From: Podarcis cretensis
Lineage: Eukaryota
DNA length: 64,000 nucleotides
Reading direction: 5' to 3'
Assembly: GCA_951804945.1 (NCBI GenBank)
Contig: OX638156.1
Span: 40,548,001 to 40,612,000, forward strand
Under the pieces are notes generated by a model, which was given only the letters and a program-made list of their open reading frames with translations, was not told the origin of the DNA and made no database searches. The first letter of the stretch is position 1; each line of letters begins with the position of its first letter. Below, in pieces: positions 1 through 12,700 of this stretch. A program made the position numbers and the translations under genes.

Positions 1-153
1 TCTCGCTATTCTGGCTGTGCCGCTGGGGCTTGCCTTGACATCCCTTCCCTTGAGTTTCCTCAGAGAGGAAGACTCGGGTGTGTCAAAATGATGAAATCAA
101 TCGCCACAACTCACTCTACAGTGATACCCCGATGCAGGAATAATGCTCTACGT

Positions 154-585
154 CAGTGGTTCCCAAAGTGGGCAGTACTGAGCTTACTAAGGGAACCTTT
201 AAGAGGCAAGGAGGCGTGGTGATAGGAGAGTGCTGGAGGTGCAAATGATTATCAGACTTTGAAAAGCTGGTATCACTGGATCAAGTTCACCAGCTTTGTT
301 GAATTAATTAAATTGAACAGTTTTAATTGGATTTTGAATAAACATGAAATTAATTGTTACCTGTTTGAATTTTATTATGTTATTATTCTCCTTAGTGGGT
401 CATGCAACCCACTGTTTTGAATAGTGCTTTTCATAGCATAGGGAAGGCGGCACTGGGGATGAGTTTATGGAACCAAGGGGTCAGTGTATTTTTATCTGGT
501 GAAATGCCCTGAGATCTTTGGGTGAAGAGCAGTATATGAATATAATAAACAAAAATAAATGAAACAAGAAATTTGGGAACCACTG
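154..585. mobile_element. Non-autonomous hAT-type DNA transposon with a probable LINE-tail fragment inside (~490-565)
   Basis: Terminal inverted repeats CAGTGGTTCCCAAA (154-) and TTTGGGAACCACTG (-585); degenerate 8-bp flanks CTCTACGT/CTCTAGAA. Confidence 0.7.
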
Positions 586-1629
586 CTCTAGAAGATAAGA
601 CACCAACCATCCAGTGGAAGTGGCAGTGATCTCTGCTTAGATCCTAAGGGTATTTAGTGGGCCTTCTTCATAACATGTTCTACCTAGCTGCCAGTGTGAA
701 GCTTTGTAACAATCACTTGTACTTCCTCTTGCTGTTTTGCTGGATAAAGAAAGAAGCACCTCTGGTTCCATCTTTCTGTTTTGCTGTTCAGGAGACTTGA
801 GTGCGTCTTGCGTGAGGCTCTTGTGGGCATAGTCCTGGTGAGAATCTGAGGGCAGCAAGAAGCAGGTCGTTCTCCAGGCCTTTTTTCATTTGATTACTTT
901 GCCATTCTAAGCTTGTCACTGAATTCTGGGATACAGGCTGCACTTTTTGGAAAAGACCACTGGTGCCGCAGTGTTCATTCTGCACTTGAAGTAGTAGTTT
1001 ACTGCAGTCCACAGCTGAATGTGGAAGAGGGTGGAGTTGGCTTCACTTGCCCAGTTGGAAATGGGCCTCTTGTGTTATTGGTAGCTGTGCTCTGTGGGTA
1101 TGTCAAGGTTGTTGGAGGTTTTGGAAATCAGAGTTAAGATTCTCTCTGCAAACAAATGTTTTTCATTGAGTTGAACAGGTGCCACAAATGTGCCTGCTTC
1201 TACAAAGACTAAGAAAGAGGGAGGAGTTGAGAGCATGATAGACAGGTGGAGAGGAAGGCACCAACTCAGCATAGTCAGTGCAGAGGACCAGGGAACTGCA
1301 GGGGGGCCACATGTCCCCCCCCCCAAAAAAAATGTTTTCCCCTCTATTGGCTTCTGAGATATAGCTGAATTTTGCCCCCTGCACAGCAGTTGAATACCTT
1401 TTATTTTACTTAAAAATAATAATAAAGCTGATAACTTGCACTGAATCCTATGCCAGGTGCTTTCAAGACAACCCACCTCTGCCCTTACAATTCACCCCAG
1501 TCAGGTTTTTTCAGATTTCTTGAGATTCCAATTTTTTTTGAAATACCACTGAGTCTTAGAAAGCTACTAACCTTTGGCAAAGCAGTATGTGTCAGCTGCA
1601 AACAGCCACTATCCATGGCTTTCAGAATC

Positions 1630-1630
<1 letters not shown>

Positions 1631-1666
<36 letters not shown>
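1631..1666 (+). repeat. (CAG)12 microsatellite, intronic
   Basis: 12 perfect CAG units. Confidence 0.97.
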
Positions 1667-1669
<3 letters not shown>

Positions 1670-1995
1670 GTTGACATTCTCTTCCCCGTTCGCATGGCCA
1701 GGGAATGCTCATCCTGAGGATTGCAGGGGGTCACGCTGGGCTCCCCCTGTTCTTAGAAGCTGGAAGTCTTTGGGTCTTGCATTGTTTTTAGATATAGGAG
1801 GACTGGATTTTTCTGTTTTGCTCAATGCACTTTGGCAGTGGGTTTCTCAGAGGATGGGAGAGGAGAAGGTGGCTTGTTGGGTTATAAACCAGTGGAATGG
1901 AAGTCACAGTATTCAAGTCCCTCTTGCATGACCAGAGAAGGCCACAGGGCAAGGGGAGCCAGAGCACAACATGGGTGCCTCTCAGTGCTGCTAAT

Positions 1996-2191
1996 GGGGC
2001 AGAGTTGTAGCTCAGTGGGAGGGCATCTGTTTGCCTGCAGAAGGTCCCTGATTCAATCCCCAACGGCATCTCCAGATAGGGCTAGGAAAGGCTCCTTGCC
2101 TGAAACCCTGGAGAGGTTCTGCCGGTCAGAGCATACAGTACTGAGCTAGATGGACTGAGGGCCTGATTCAGTATCAGGCAGCTTCCTGTGT
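1996..2191 (+). mobile_element. tRNA-derived squamate SINE, near full length
   Basis: A-box-like GTAGCTCAGTGG, B-box-like GATTCAATCCCC, body CCTGAAACCCTGGAGAG...GAGCTAGATGGAC and tail GGCAGCTTCCT; homologous copies at ~8230, 32451, 40925, 47795 and 57735. Confidence 0.8.
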
Positions 2192-2443
2192 ACGATGCCA
2201 CATTTATCTTTATGCCTGTGGTGCCCTAATCTTTCTCCTTCTCCTTTTGAAGGGTAGGTTTCTGTTGAACATGAAGCAAAATATTTGATGACGAGAGCAG
2301 TTTGACAGTTGAGCTGATTTAGGGGAGTGGTGGGTTCTCCTGTGCTGGATGCCTTCAAGCAAGCAGGGGCTGGACAGCCATCTGTCTACCCGGGGTGCTC
2401 CAGATCTCTGGCTTTCCTGCATCAAGCTGTACTGGGGATTGGC

Positions 2444-2470
2444 GTGTGTGTGTGTGTGTGTGTGTGTGTG
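2444..2470 (+). repeat. (GT)n microsatellite
   Basis: Direct inspection. Confidence 0.95.
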
Positions 2471-5074
2471 GACTGGGCTTCCAGGAACTCCACAAGGCTC
2501 CCTCCAGTTCTCAATGCATCTGAGCAAACTGCCTCAAACTGCAAGCCCAGGCTTTATTTTTTTAAAGTTAATAGATTGATTTGTTCAATAGATTCTTGCA
2601 GTACAGCAATAGGATTATTTACAGAATTAAGCTAATGTATGATACCACACTCTATCAATATGTTGAGGCATCTTGCGTCTGTGTGGGAGACCCTTTGGTT
2701 GGGCAAATGTCCAATTATTTTACTCATTTATGTATTAATTCACGGATCTCCTTTTCCATTCATCACAAGGCAGTGTACTTTCCTTGTAGCTCCAAGAGCT
2801 TTGCAAAGTGCTTGAGGTGGCCCTGTGCACAAAGCGACTTCCTCTCCCTCTTTCCTTCCCCCAAAGCTTGCATGATGTTTGTAAGGTAGAAAGCATTCTT
2901 GGCGGTTTTGAGATTATCTCAAGGTAATAATTGACTAGTTAAGCAATCTCTAAGTAGCCATTGCTGCAATTAAATCTTAATTGGTCTATCTGCGCTGGAT
3001 AGGACCCCTCATTGCTTACATGTGGCTAAGCATAACTACTTGGGAAACAGCTGGTCCATTCTGTGGGGAGAAGGCATATTGGCCAAAGACCATTCATTTC
3101 AGAGATGGTAATGGCTCCTTTGGCGCTATTAGCATCCCCGATAAATAAGAGGATGCTTTTGAAATACGCAGGGATCATCCGTGCTTGGTCTCAGGGATCA
3201 TTTTTAGTAATTGATTGACATTAAGCTTCACATCTGCAGCCTAATGGCTTCAGATTCTGAGAGTGGGAGGCAGGCTGCCTAGTTAGGTAGGTGGTCAAAT
3301 TGAGCATGCCAGTGCTTGTGATGTGGAAGCCCCCCCCCCTACATCTACACTAGATGTAGATGCAGAAGTGGCATATATCTGCAGTATGGGGCAGGTGGCA
3401 ACTCTGCTTTCAGAAGAACCAGAATGACAGGGAGTGGTTTTTGCTTTTTTAAAAACCTTTGCATGGGGGGGGTGAATAGCTTTTCCGAGGGGTTTCTTGG
3501 GCGTTGGAGCAACTTGTAAAACCGAAGCCAGTCTGTTTCGATTTGATAGCTTCCTGCTAGAGATAGGCAAGCTCTCCTTGGCCTGGATTGAAAATGTTCA
3601 AAATTTTTCCAAGGCAGAAAAATGGGGGAAAGGAGAATAATTTCCCAACCTCCTTCCCAACCCCCGCAGAGACACGGTCCCTCCCCTTTCCTCATAGCAG
3701 CAGCTGATTAGGTTAAACCAGACCCTGCTGGAGAACCCTAGGAAGAGGGACACATCCTGCTTTCAGGGTGGCCCACGTGTCCCTGAGAAAGAAGACCCGA
3801 AGCAAAGCAAAACGTTTCTCCTCTTTGTCTTTGCTGTTCCGGTGCCATCAGCAGCCTTAAATATGAAGACGGAGCTTCTGCGCCCAGTGGGCATTTGGCC
3901 AGTAGGGGAATGAATGCCCTTGGCGTGGGAGGCTGCACAGTCAGTGGTGTGCAGAAGGGAGCCACTTCAGAGTGCAGGTGCCTCTCTGGGAAGAGGGTGG
4001 CATTTTGGAACCACTGTGTTTGCTTTCCCCTGGGCTTCTTGTGGGTTTGCCTTCTTCCTGCCAAGTAGAGTCTTGTGACTGGAGGATGCATTCAGTTCAT
4101 TACAGCCGGCTGTGATCTTAGCACTTCTCGCTCTTTCCTCTGGTCTGTTAGTCCCACACCTGGGAAGAAGGGGTTGGACACTCTGTTTTTGAAAACCCTG
4201 CTTAAGTTATTCACTTGGGTAGCTTAGTTATCAGTTTGTTTTGCCCCCATGATGTCCAGGTCCAACTAGACAAAGGACATCCACCATTTCAGCATGGGGA
4301 TTAATAGAAGGACCGTGACAGGAGCGAGTATTCTCAGTAACTATACTTTTAAACAAACCACACTTCCTTGAGTTTCAATGTCCTCGAGAAGTGTAGCTGT
4401 TCTAAAATTGAAAGCAGAAGTTTCCGGCCTCCTTGCAGGCACAATTGAGAAGTAGGAATACAGAAGCCTAAGACTTGCGATGTCTAGCTAATGTAGTATC
4501 AGGAAACCATGGTCTCCTGTTACATCTGAAGTGAGCCATGGTTCTCTGTAGCAGAAGATGCTAATTGGCTGCCATTAAGTCAGTGAAGGTATCTGAAGGT
4601 GCCATCTGCCTTCAACACTCCTCCTCCCTCTGTGGAAATCCTTAATAACATTTATTCACCTTTCTCATGCTGTGTAAAAGGAAGGTACAGCCTTATCACT
4701 GCATATTCCTCAAAATTGGATAAGCCTGTGAGCATTTGCTCTTGTTAGCCCTCCTGAAGCGTCTTCATCTATTGCGTTTCTAATGAAGAAATTGAATGGT
4801 TAGAAATAAGGAGCTTGAACTGCCTCGGAAATTAGGCCACAGCTGTCAGCCTGAAAGCAAAACATGCATCTCTGAGGAAGTTGCTGGCAGAATCCGCTGC
4901 TGATTAACCCCCTTTTAAACCGAGATGAAAAAACAAAAACAAAACTCCTGGTGCCTTGGAGCAAGCTGGAGAAAGCAGCCAGAGAGAGGCAGGGAATGGA
5001 ACATGATGCCTCCTCCATAGAGCGAGGGCAGAGATCTTCCTTTCGCTGTGGGTCTTTGGAGCTTTGGTCCAGCT

Positions 5075-5209
5075 CAGCCTTCCCTAACCTGGTGCCCTCC
5101 AGAGGCTTTGGGCTACAACTCCCATCAGCCCCAGACAGCCCTGCTGTGTAGTCTTCCCTTAGCATGGCCTTGCTGGCTGGGGCTGATGGGAATTGTAGTC
5201 TAAAACCTC
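5075..5209. mobile_element. Hairpin MITE (hAT-like; core GGACTACAACTCCCATCA...TGATGGGAGTTGTAGTCC)
   Basis: Internal inverted arms CTACAACTCCCATCAGCCCCAG / CTGGGGCTGATGGGAATTGTAG; the family recurs about 10 times in the window. Confidence 0.75.
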
Positions 5210-8200
5210 TGTAGTGTTTAATAAACACTTGGGGCAAAGTGTGTTTATTACAAAGTGACTTAAGTGCCACTGTCTCTGTGTTGTTCCACTCAAAGGTCAG
5301 TGAATCTGACCCCCTTGTTGGTACAGAAAATCTGTTGCCACAGCTTCCTTAATAGGTGCCCGTCCAGCCTTTGCCAAGAGGTCTGTAGTGAAGGAGAGGC
5401 TGCAACCACCTTCCAAGGTGGTTCCACTGCAGAAAAAGCTTGTGCCGTCGGCTTAAGTTTACTGGAGGTCCTTTTTCTTGTCCTTTGAACCCATTGATTG
5501 CGATGCTGCTCCCTGAAGCAACAGAAATCAAGTTCAAACTCGTTCTTCCATGTGGATTTAATTTTCAAATAGTCAATGCCTCAAGCTCATGTTTATATTT
5601 AATTTGTTTGCACAGGGTCAGATGCCATCTACATGGTACATTAAAGGTGTTCCCTGTAGACCCCTTGGAAGCAGTTTAAGTAGTGGCGTTCTTGCGATAC
5701 AGTCCTTGCCTGCTGATTCGCTGCTATATCTGTCAATCCTGAGCCTTTGGGGAGTGGTGCGCAAGCCCATTTCACACACACGCACACACCCCCAGGGCTC
5801 ACCGTTGGGCTCTGTGGGAGTCCTTGGCCATAAGAGCTCCGTCATGCTCCATGGCGTCTCTTGATCTCTCTGAGAGCAGAGATAAGCAGGAGTTTTGGGA
5901 TGGCGTTTGCTGCAAGTGCCTCTTTGATGCTTACTCTGTCAAACTGGCAGAGGAAGGCTGCTGCAAAATACGGGTTGCGGAATTTTCCACCTTTTATTTT
6001 TTGTCATTTTGCATGGTCTGTTGGGAAGTTGGCTGTCTTAGTTCTGGGCAGTCAGGAGAGTTGTGCCAGGGGGGTGTCCCTTTTAGCCAGGAGAAGCTGG
6101 GGCTTCTTACCCAGGCCCAGCAGAGCCTCACGTCACCAAACTCCACCATGAGGGTGCTGCTTTGATCCTCTTGTGTTTGCACTTTCCAAAAGGGTTCCCT
6201 CGCCGCTCAGCACCAGCTGCTGCTGCTGCATTGCTGCGGCCTGGACACAGATCTTCATGTGTAGCGGATGGGGGCAGTGGAGCTAGAGCGGCCATGTGGC
6301 AGCTGCTCAGTTTTTCAGCGATTCTCCTCTTGTTATAGGCTCGGCCAACATGCTTTTCTGTAGAGGCCTGTAGTCAGGAGTCAGAGTAGCTCTTTGGGGT
6401 GTGATCCTGTAACTCTGCAGAGAGCCCAGCAGGGTGGGTGAAATCTGGGCAATTGCAGGATAGAGCCTCCCTCCAGAGTGTTTCCTTCCTGTTCATATTT
6501 TCCTGTGTGGCTTATGGTAGCCTTGAACACAATGGCTTGGGAGATGCTTGCTCACTCACGCTCCCTTTCCCTCTGGCTCCACTATCTTTCCTCATCCTCC
6601 ATGATTCCTTTCCTTAGTTCCCTGCTCTGGAGCTTTAATAAAGGCAGGGCTGGCAGGAGGGATAGTCCCATCCTGTGGTTTCAGCAAGGGGAAAGGCAGT
6701 GTTAGGTTCATCTTCTGCCATTGCTTTGGCCCCTCCAGAGTGAGAAGGTTTACTAGAGGAAGGCAAGAACTCGTGGTATCTCTCCTGCTTTGTTGGTATT
6801 GGGGCATTCTAAAAATGCAACAAGGTTGTCCATGTGGAATTGTTTCTGCTCCCATACACTCTGCTTGAGCAAGGGGCAGTACCACAGGCCATATTTCAAC
6901 AAGCCAAAAATAATGGCTGTGATCTCCACAGGATCTTGGGAATTGCACAGCAACCAGATTTCAGGAAAAGGCTGCGTCCTGTCCATGATCGAGTCAGGAC
7001 TGCAGTCCCCCCCCCCATCTTTTCACATTTTGGCTCCTTATATGCCTGTTGCAAAAGCTCAGGCTTTATGTCCTGTGTCTGGTCATGCTAGGAGACTTTC
7101 CTCTTTTTCAGCCACAACACACAGATGACCTGCATAGACACACACTCCTAGCTTGTTTTTCCTTCTGTCCTCCAGTCACTCACAAACACCAGCTCCTCCA
7201 ACCATCTCATTCCTGTAGCAGCCATCTTGGTTTGGGGAAGAATCTCTGCCCAGACAAGTCATTTGTGCTCTTCCATTAATGATAATCCACTGATTTACAA
7301 AGAGACTTGAAAATGTATAACACAACAGGTTTTTTTCAGAATAGGAAGGGCAGACCCTCTGCTGTTCCTTTGAACGTCTGGCTGCAATTAAAAGGGCATG
7401 AAAGCCTCCTGCTGTATGCTCTACCTGTGCAAAAATGACTACAAGCAACACAAAATTGATAAAAGAGAGGCGTTTTAAGTAAACTGCCATTTTTCAACAG
7501 GTCTGGCTGGATTTAATGGATCCTCCACGCTTGGTTAAATCTTCCAGATTTTATTAACACTTCGAACAGTGTGCCCTCTCTAAGTTCTTCTCTGGCTTGT
7601 ATAATTCCACAGCAGGCCAAACCTGCTCCTGCTCTTTCCTGCCTGTGGTCCTTGGAGTGTTATTGACTTTCAAGTGTGAATGGTTAATGGCCTTTGCCTT
7701 GCTCCTGCTCCTGCTCCTCATAGAGGGCTCTGTGTGCCTCGCTGCTCCTGAACGGCTGAGGGGTGCCTGGGGTGTGATTCTGCTTGGCCATCAAGCCCGT
7801 CTTTCAGCCGTGGCAGTCTCTTCCCTGGAGTCTCCAGATGCTTCACAGAAAGCTTTGGAGTTTAGTAACCTGGAAGCAGCAACTTCCCCTTGCACCTCTA
7901 CATAGCATGTTTTGCCCCGGCCGCATGGACACAAGGAGAAATGTGCAAATGCCAAACTCAGAGGTAGAACAGCTACCCGCAGATGTGGAAAACCAGATTC
8001 AGACCTTGAAACTACCCTATGAGGTTTGGGTAACCTTCCTCTTTCTGTTAGAGCATTTTCAGTCCTATCTAGCAAATGTTGCTTATGAAAGCCAAAGGTA
8101 CCTCTGGGTGTGTCTGGACTCCGAGGGATCTTTGTCACCCTATTTCTGCTTCCCTGGAAATCACAGATGGTGCAAAAGGGGCTCCATCTAGATCTGAGTG

Positions 8201-8612
8201 TGGGTTGCGGCCTTGCCGGTTACTAGGTTAGTGAGTAGAGCACACACTTTGCACGCAGAAGGTATCAGGTTCAGCCTCTGGCACCTACAACTAGGGCTTG
8301 AAAATGCTCCTGTATGAAGAGGTTACACAGTGTCTCCTCTAAATTGACTGTTCACTCTGATTTGTTTTGGTGGAGATTATACGAGTATGGGCATCCCTCT
8401 TGACCTGCTTGTGTGGAGGTTATACGTCTTCCCATTGACCATTTGTCTTACAATGTTTTAGTTTAAAAGGTCATTTTTTATTTTAAAAAATGAATTTGTT
8501 GCATCAGATCACTTTAATCCACTTTAACTGCACAAAACAATTTTCAGTGTGTTATTGAATCCCTTCTGCAAAATACTGGCAGTCTGAAGAGTCACTGTCA
8601 GTCATTGTCAAC

Positions 8613-8743
8613 CAGGGGAAGGGAACCTGCGGCTCTTCAGATGTTGTTGGACTCCATTTCCCATTAGCCTCAGCCAACTTGGCCAGCAATGATGGTAGTA
8701 GTAGTCCAACAACATCTGGAGGGACACAGGTCCTGATCCCCTG
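8613..8743. mobile_element. Hairpin MITE, same family
   Basis: CAGGGGA...TCCCCTG ends; arms CAGATGTTGTTGGACT / AGTCCAACAACATCTG. Confidence 0.75.
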
Positions 8744-11700
8744 GGTATAGACCATGTTGAGCTCAATGGACCAGCTGCCTGACTTGGTTTGGGCAGTTTC
8801 CTGTATGAACTGCAGAGGAAAGTCTTGTGTGCTCTCAGCCCCTTAGAACAAGCTGTTTGAGCTGGCAAAGCACTATTGCAGCCTGCAAAGGCACATTTCA
8901 GACTGTGGGCACAGAGACTGCAGAGGTGTGAGACAAATGCCTGCTCTCGTCATCGCAACACAGTTTCCCATTTCAAAGCAAGCAAATCCATGGCAGGCTG
9001 AATGAGGGGGCTGGCCTGTAGCCAGGGAATGCAAATAATAAATAGCTGAATGGAAATCTGTGCAAATGTCTGTGTTTTGCCAGCTCCTGTTGATAGAGAG
9101 GTTGTGTAGTGTGAGAGGCAGCAGCAGAGAGGCTCTCTCTTTTAGATTACTGTACCCACCTGCCCCCCCCCCCGGTGGCCTCTCTTCAAGCAGGTTGGAG
9201 CCTGAACATGGAGCCAGAATCCCTGAGACAGCACCTTGGAAAATTATCTCCTCATCAGGGCCAGAACCTGCAAGGCCTTTTAGGCTTTTTTGACCCACTT
9301 AGGCAGAGAGGGGCACCCAGCTGACTTTTGCTATGCCTAGATCAGTTGTAGTATGTAATGTTTCCTTGGGGGTATTTCTGCCATTAGCCTGAGTGATGTA
9401 TTGGTACATCATCTCGGACCGGTTTGAGGTCCAGAATGTGATGGCGTTTTGACCCGGCTATATATTGTGGGTGGGGCTGGCACCTTAACTCCCTTCTCCG
9501 GCCAAATGGGCAGGCTGCCTCCTTCCTCCCTGTGCTGGGCACTGGCAGGGGCAGGGGTGGCTTCACCGCAGTGCCTTGCAGGGCCGGTGCTCCTTCCTTT
9601 TCAACATCATGATATATCACTAAATTGCAATGTACACCTGGTGATATGTCACAATGTTGAAAGCTTTATATCGCCTAGCCCTGCCTGCTGTGAACCCTTG
9701 TTGGTATGCCCTGCATGATGGTGATGATGCCGCCGCCAACCTTGCACGCTTGGGGCTTGTGCAGCAGATAGTGCCACCCGCTGGGGTTTGCTAGGGTGCC
9801 TCTCTGCAGCCTTTCCATTGCCCATGTGCCATAATCCCCCTCAAGCCGCTTGTGCCAAGGATGGAGGGAGGGAGGAGGGGATAGAGGCTGGCTTTTAATG
9901 AGATGGAATTCACCCGTCAGAAATGTATGTGCTCCACATTTCCCACGTTACTGAGATGACATAAGGGAGTTTCCATGTGGAATGCTTCAGCTGTCGGTTG
10001 GGATCACAGAGGACGCCAGCTGCGACATTGCCCCTGTTGGTTCCTGCTGTTCCTGTTCTCTTTCCCCACCCCTCTGCCCTCCACCTTCTGTGGAGAGCCT
10101 CTATAAACTTCCCAGAGGTGCAGCAGGGCAGAAAAGAAGTTCTTGGTTTGAAACAAGAACACAGAATAAGTCTTCTTAGTAGCCTTCCCCCCCTCTCACT
10201 GCCCCAAAACCAGATGCAGCATGGCTGTTGTTTCAGGGTAGTAACTAAAGAGCCTCAAAACACTGAGTGTCGTCACTGTGAAGCATATGTGACAGGTGTG
10301 GGTGTGTGGCATGGAAAGAATTGCCTGTTGTGTCTCAGTGTGTAGAAGCTTTGCATTCAATCTTGTATCGTTCGCTCGCCAGGGAGAGCAATGTTCTGTC
10401 TCCATCAGGGCCTTTTCAACCTCTTCTCCAGAACTGACATGTCAAAAAGCTACTTGGTGAGTGGGGGAAGGGGAGATTGGAAGAGGCCTTTCCCTCCTCT
10501 TCCTCTTCCTCTCCCTTTTCCTCCTTTCTTTTCACCTGGATGAGGGGGCCTTGAGTTGTCACCCTTCCTTAGTGTTGTGCTTTGAGCAGTGGCCTTGGCA
10601 AGAAGGGGCATCTGGGTGGGCCTGGCTTTGTTCTTGTCTTCACCCACCTAATTGAGAACCAGAATCTGAAATGAAGCCCAGGAAGTAGCCAAAAAGGGCA
10701 GCATCGATATGGCTGCAGCAGCCGCTGGTGTGCCGTCTGTGTGACATTCCTTTCATGCAAGCTCTTTTTCAGATTTCCCCAGGCCACAAAGAAACAAAAT
10801 GAAAAGAAAACCCAAGCAACCTTGCCAGGCTAATCAAAAGTAGGCCTGCTAGTAGCCAGCCGTTTCCTTTTGGGCTCCTGCATGTGAGGAGTCAGGCATG
10901 AGCCAGTGAGATGTCAGGGCTTCTATTTCTGGAAAATGGCTCCTCCTTCCTCCTTTTTGGTCAAGGGAGCCAGACGTGTCTCTCTGTCTCTCTCTCTCTC
11001 TCTCCCCTCCCTGCTTGCTGCTGTAAAGTGTGTGTGTTTGGGGGCAGGCAGTCACTGGTGGGCTCTTCCCTCACTCTCTTCCTTCATACATCTCTTTCTT
11101 CCTGGCTGCTGCTCCTGCTTTTCCTAGAAAACTTTCCAGACTGTGTCTGCTTTTTATAGTATTGATCTTCACTCTTGATCTGCAAAACACAGAGCAGTTT
11201 TTTAAGGAACCCTGTGGATAAAAGTCACACAAGCCAGGTCAGAGTTCCCTCCCTTTCATTCTGGGAGAGGAGGGAGCTCTCCTTCTCTTGGTCAGGTTGG
11301 AAGACCACGCCCAACCAGAACGTGATGCTGTCTCAGATACAAAGACTGTCCTCTAGGCTCCTAGAGCAGCAGGATTTACCATAAAGTAAATATTCCTCCC
11401 CACCAACAAGATTTTCTTGAATCCAAGTCCAGCATCAGAATCCACATACTGTTTATTTTGTTCAGAGACTCCAGTCACTGGCATGATGGTTTTAAGCCAT
11501 GGATATATCTACCTCCTGACCCCTTAGCCTTCTTGCAGAGACTTGGAATGTCTCCTCAGAAGTATGGGAAAGGTCTGTGAAGATCTTCCTAATAGATTGT
11601 CTTGTGATAGAAAAAGTGTGTAGAATCCCCTTAAAATTACTGGGCCTGGCTGTCATTTTCAAAGTGGGTGAGTCTGCACTTTGCAGATGGCAAGTTGGGG

Positions 11701-12489
11701 CTGCATTTTGGAGTGGCACATCTTGCTCACAGAATTTCTGGCTTTATTGCCACCCCTTGCCCAGTTTGGTCAATAGATGCAACGTGTTAGGATTGCCCAG
11801 GTGGAGACTGTGGATGAGGTTTGTGACCCTGTCCTCTGCTGGGCCTCTTAAAAATTAATCAGGTGGCATCTCCTGCTGAGATCAAGAATCTTCAGCATAG
11901 GTTGTTAACAATCAGCATGCCGGCAAAGCAGGCAGGGCCATCAGAAAGCTGCTACCCCCTTCCTTCTGCTCTGTTGGAGATAGATCTGCTCCCTGATTTG
12001 ATTGCCATTAAACATGTGCCTGGCCTCACCAGCAGGTTGACAGCGCTGCTATTTTGAGCCCCCTTCCTGTTAGCGGGGAAGATGGGGCGGCTGTGTTTTC
12101 CTTCAGGAGAGTGTCGGATGCCCTCAGGCAGTATTTACAGATGCCACTTCTGATTATTTGATGGCAAAGTCTTTGGTCGGTGCAGGAGCGAAGAACAGCT
12201 TGCTATGGACCTGCAGAAGCCATTCAATCCTCTCTGTAGAGGAAAGGGGAGATCCTCACATCTAGCTCTGTGTGGAGTAGGGAGCAAAGAAGTGTCAGGA
12301 ATTTGCACTTTCGTTCTAAAGTGGTGTTCACAAGGAGCACCTTTATTGTTCAGATTTATATGTTGCCAGACTAATCCTAATGGGGCCCTCAAGTTATGCA
12401 CAACAAAAATGAAATAAAAACAAGTCCACAGGTGCTCCAGATCCAGTCAGTAGCATCTCGGAAGCGCAGATCAAAAATGCAAATTAGCT

Positions 12490-12700
12490 TGCCATACAAA
12501 AAGCACATTCTAGGTAGTGAATTCCACAGAATAGGGAAGCGTGCTGAGTGGGCACTTCTTGATCCAGAAGGCCTTGGTGGGTACTCAGAGAGCAGGACTT
12601 TTGTCTGGTGAGCTGTTAACGTATGGGAGGATCTGATCCCTGAAGAAACCTGGAGTTGGAACCTTTAGGGCTTTAATAGTTAGAGCAAGTCCATCAGTGT
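12490..12700 (-). mobile_element. Degenerate L2-type LINE fragment (ORF2 C-terminal region)
   Basis: Minus-strand translation LALTIKALKVPTPGFFRDQILPY resembles the L2 motif VLVLTxKALxGLGPxYLRDRLLPY; compare FKVLVLTFRA in the L2 at ~50280. Confidence 0.55.

Noticed and set aside
1587-1931. PolyS/polyA/polyQ ORFs over (CAG)12, and similar ORFs at 19035
   Set aside because: Intronic microsatellites with no splice or coding support
1996-2075. tRNA gene
   Set aside because: No convincing cloverleaf; continues into a SINE body shared by several copies
3109-3122. 14-mer TAATGGCTCCTTTG shared with 53578-53591
   Set aside because: Several chance 14-mer matches are expected within 64 kb (about 64000^2/2/4^14, roughly 8)
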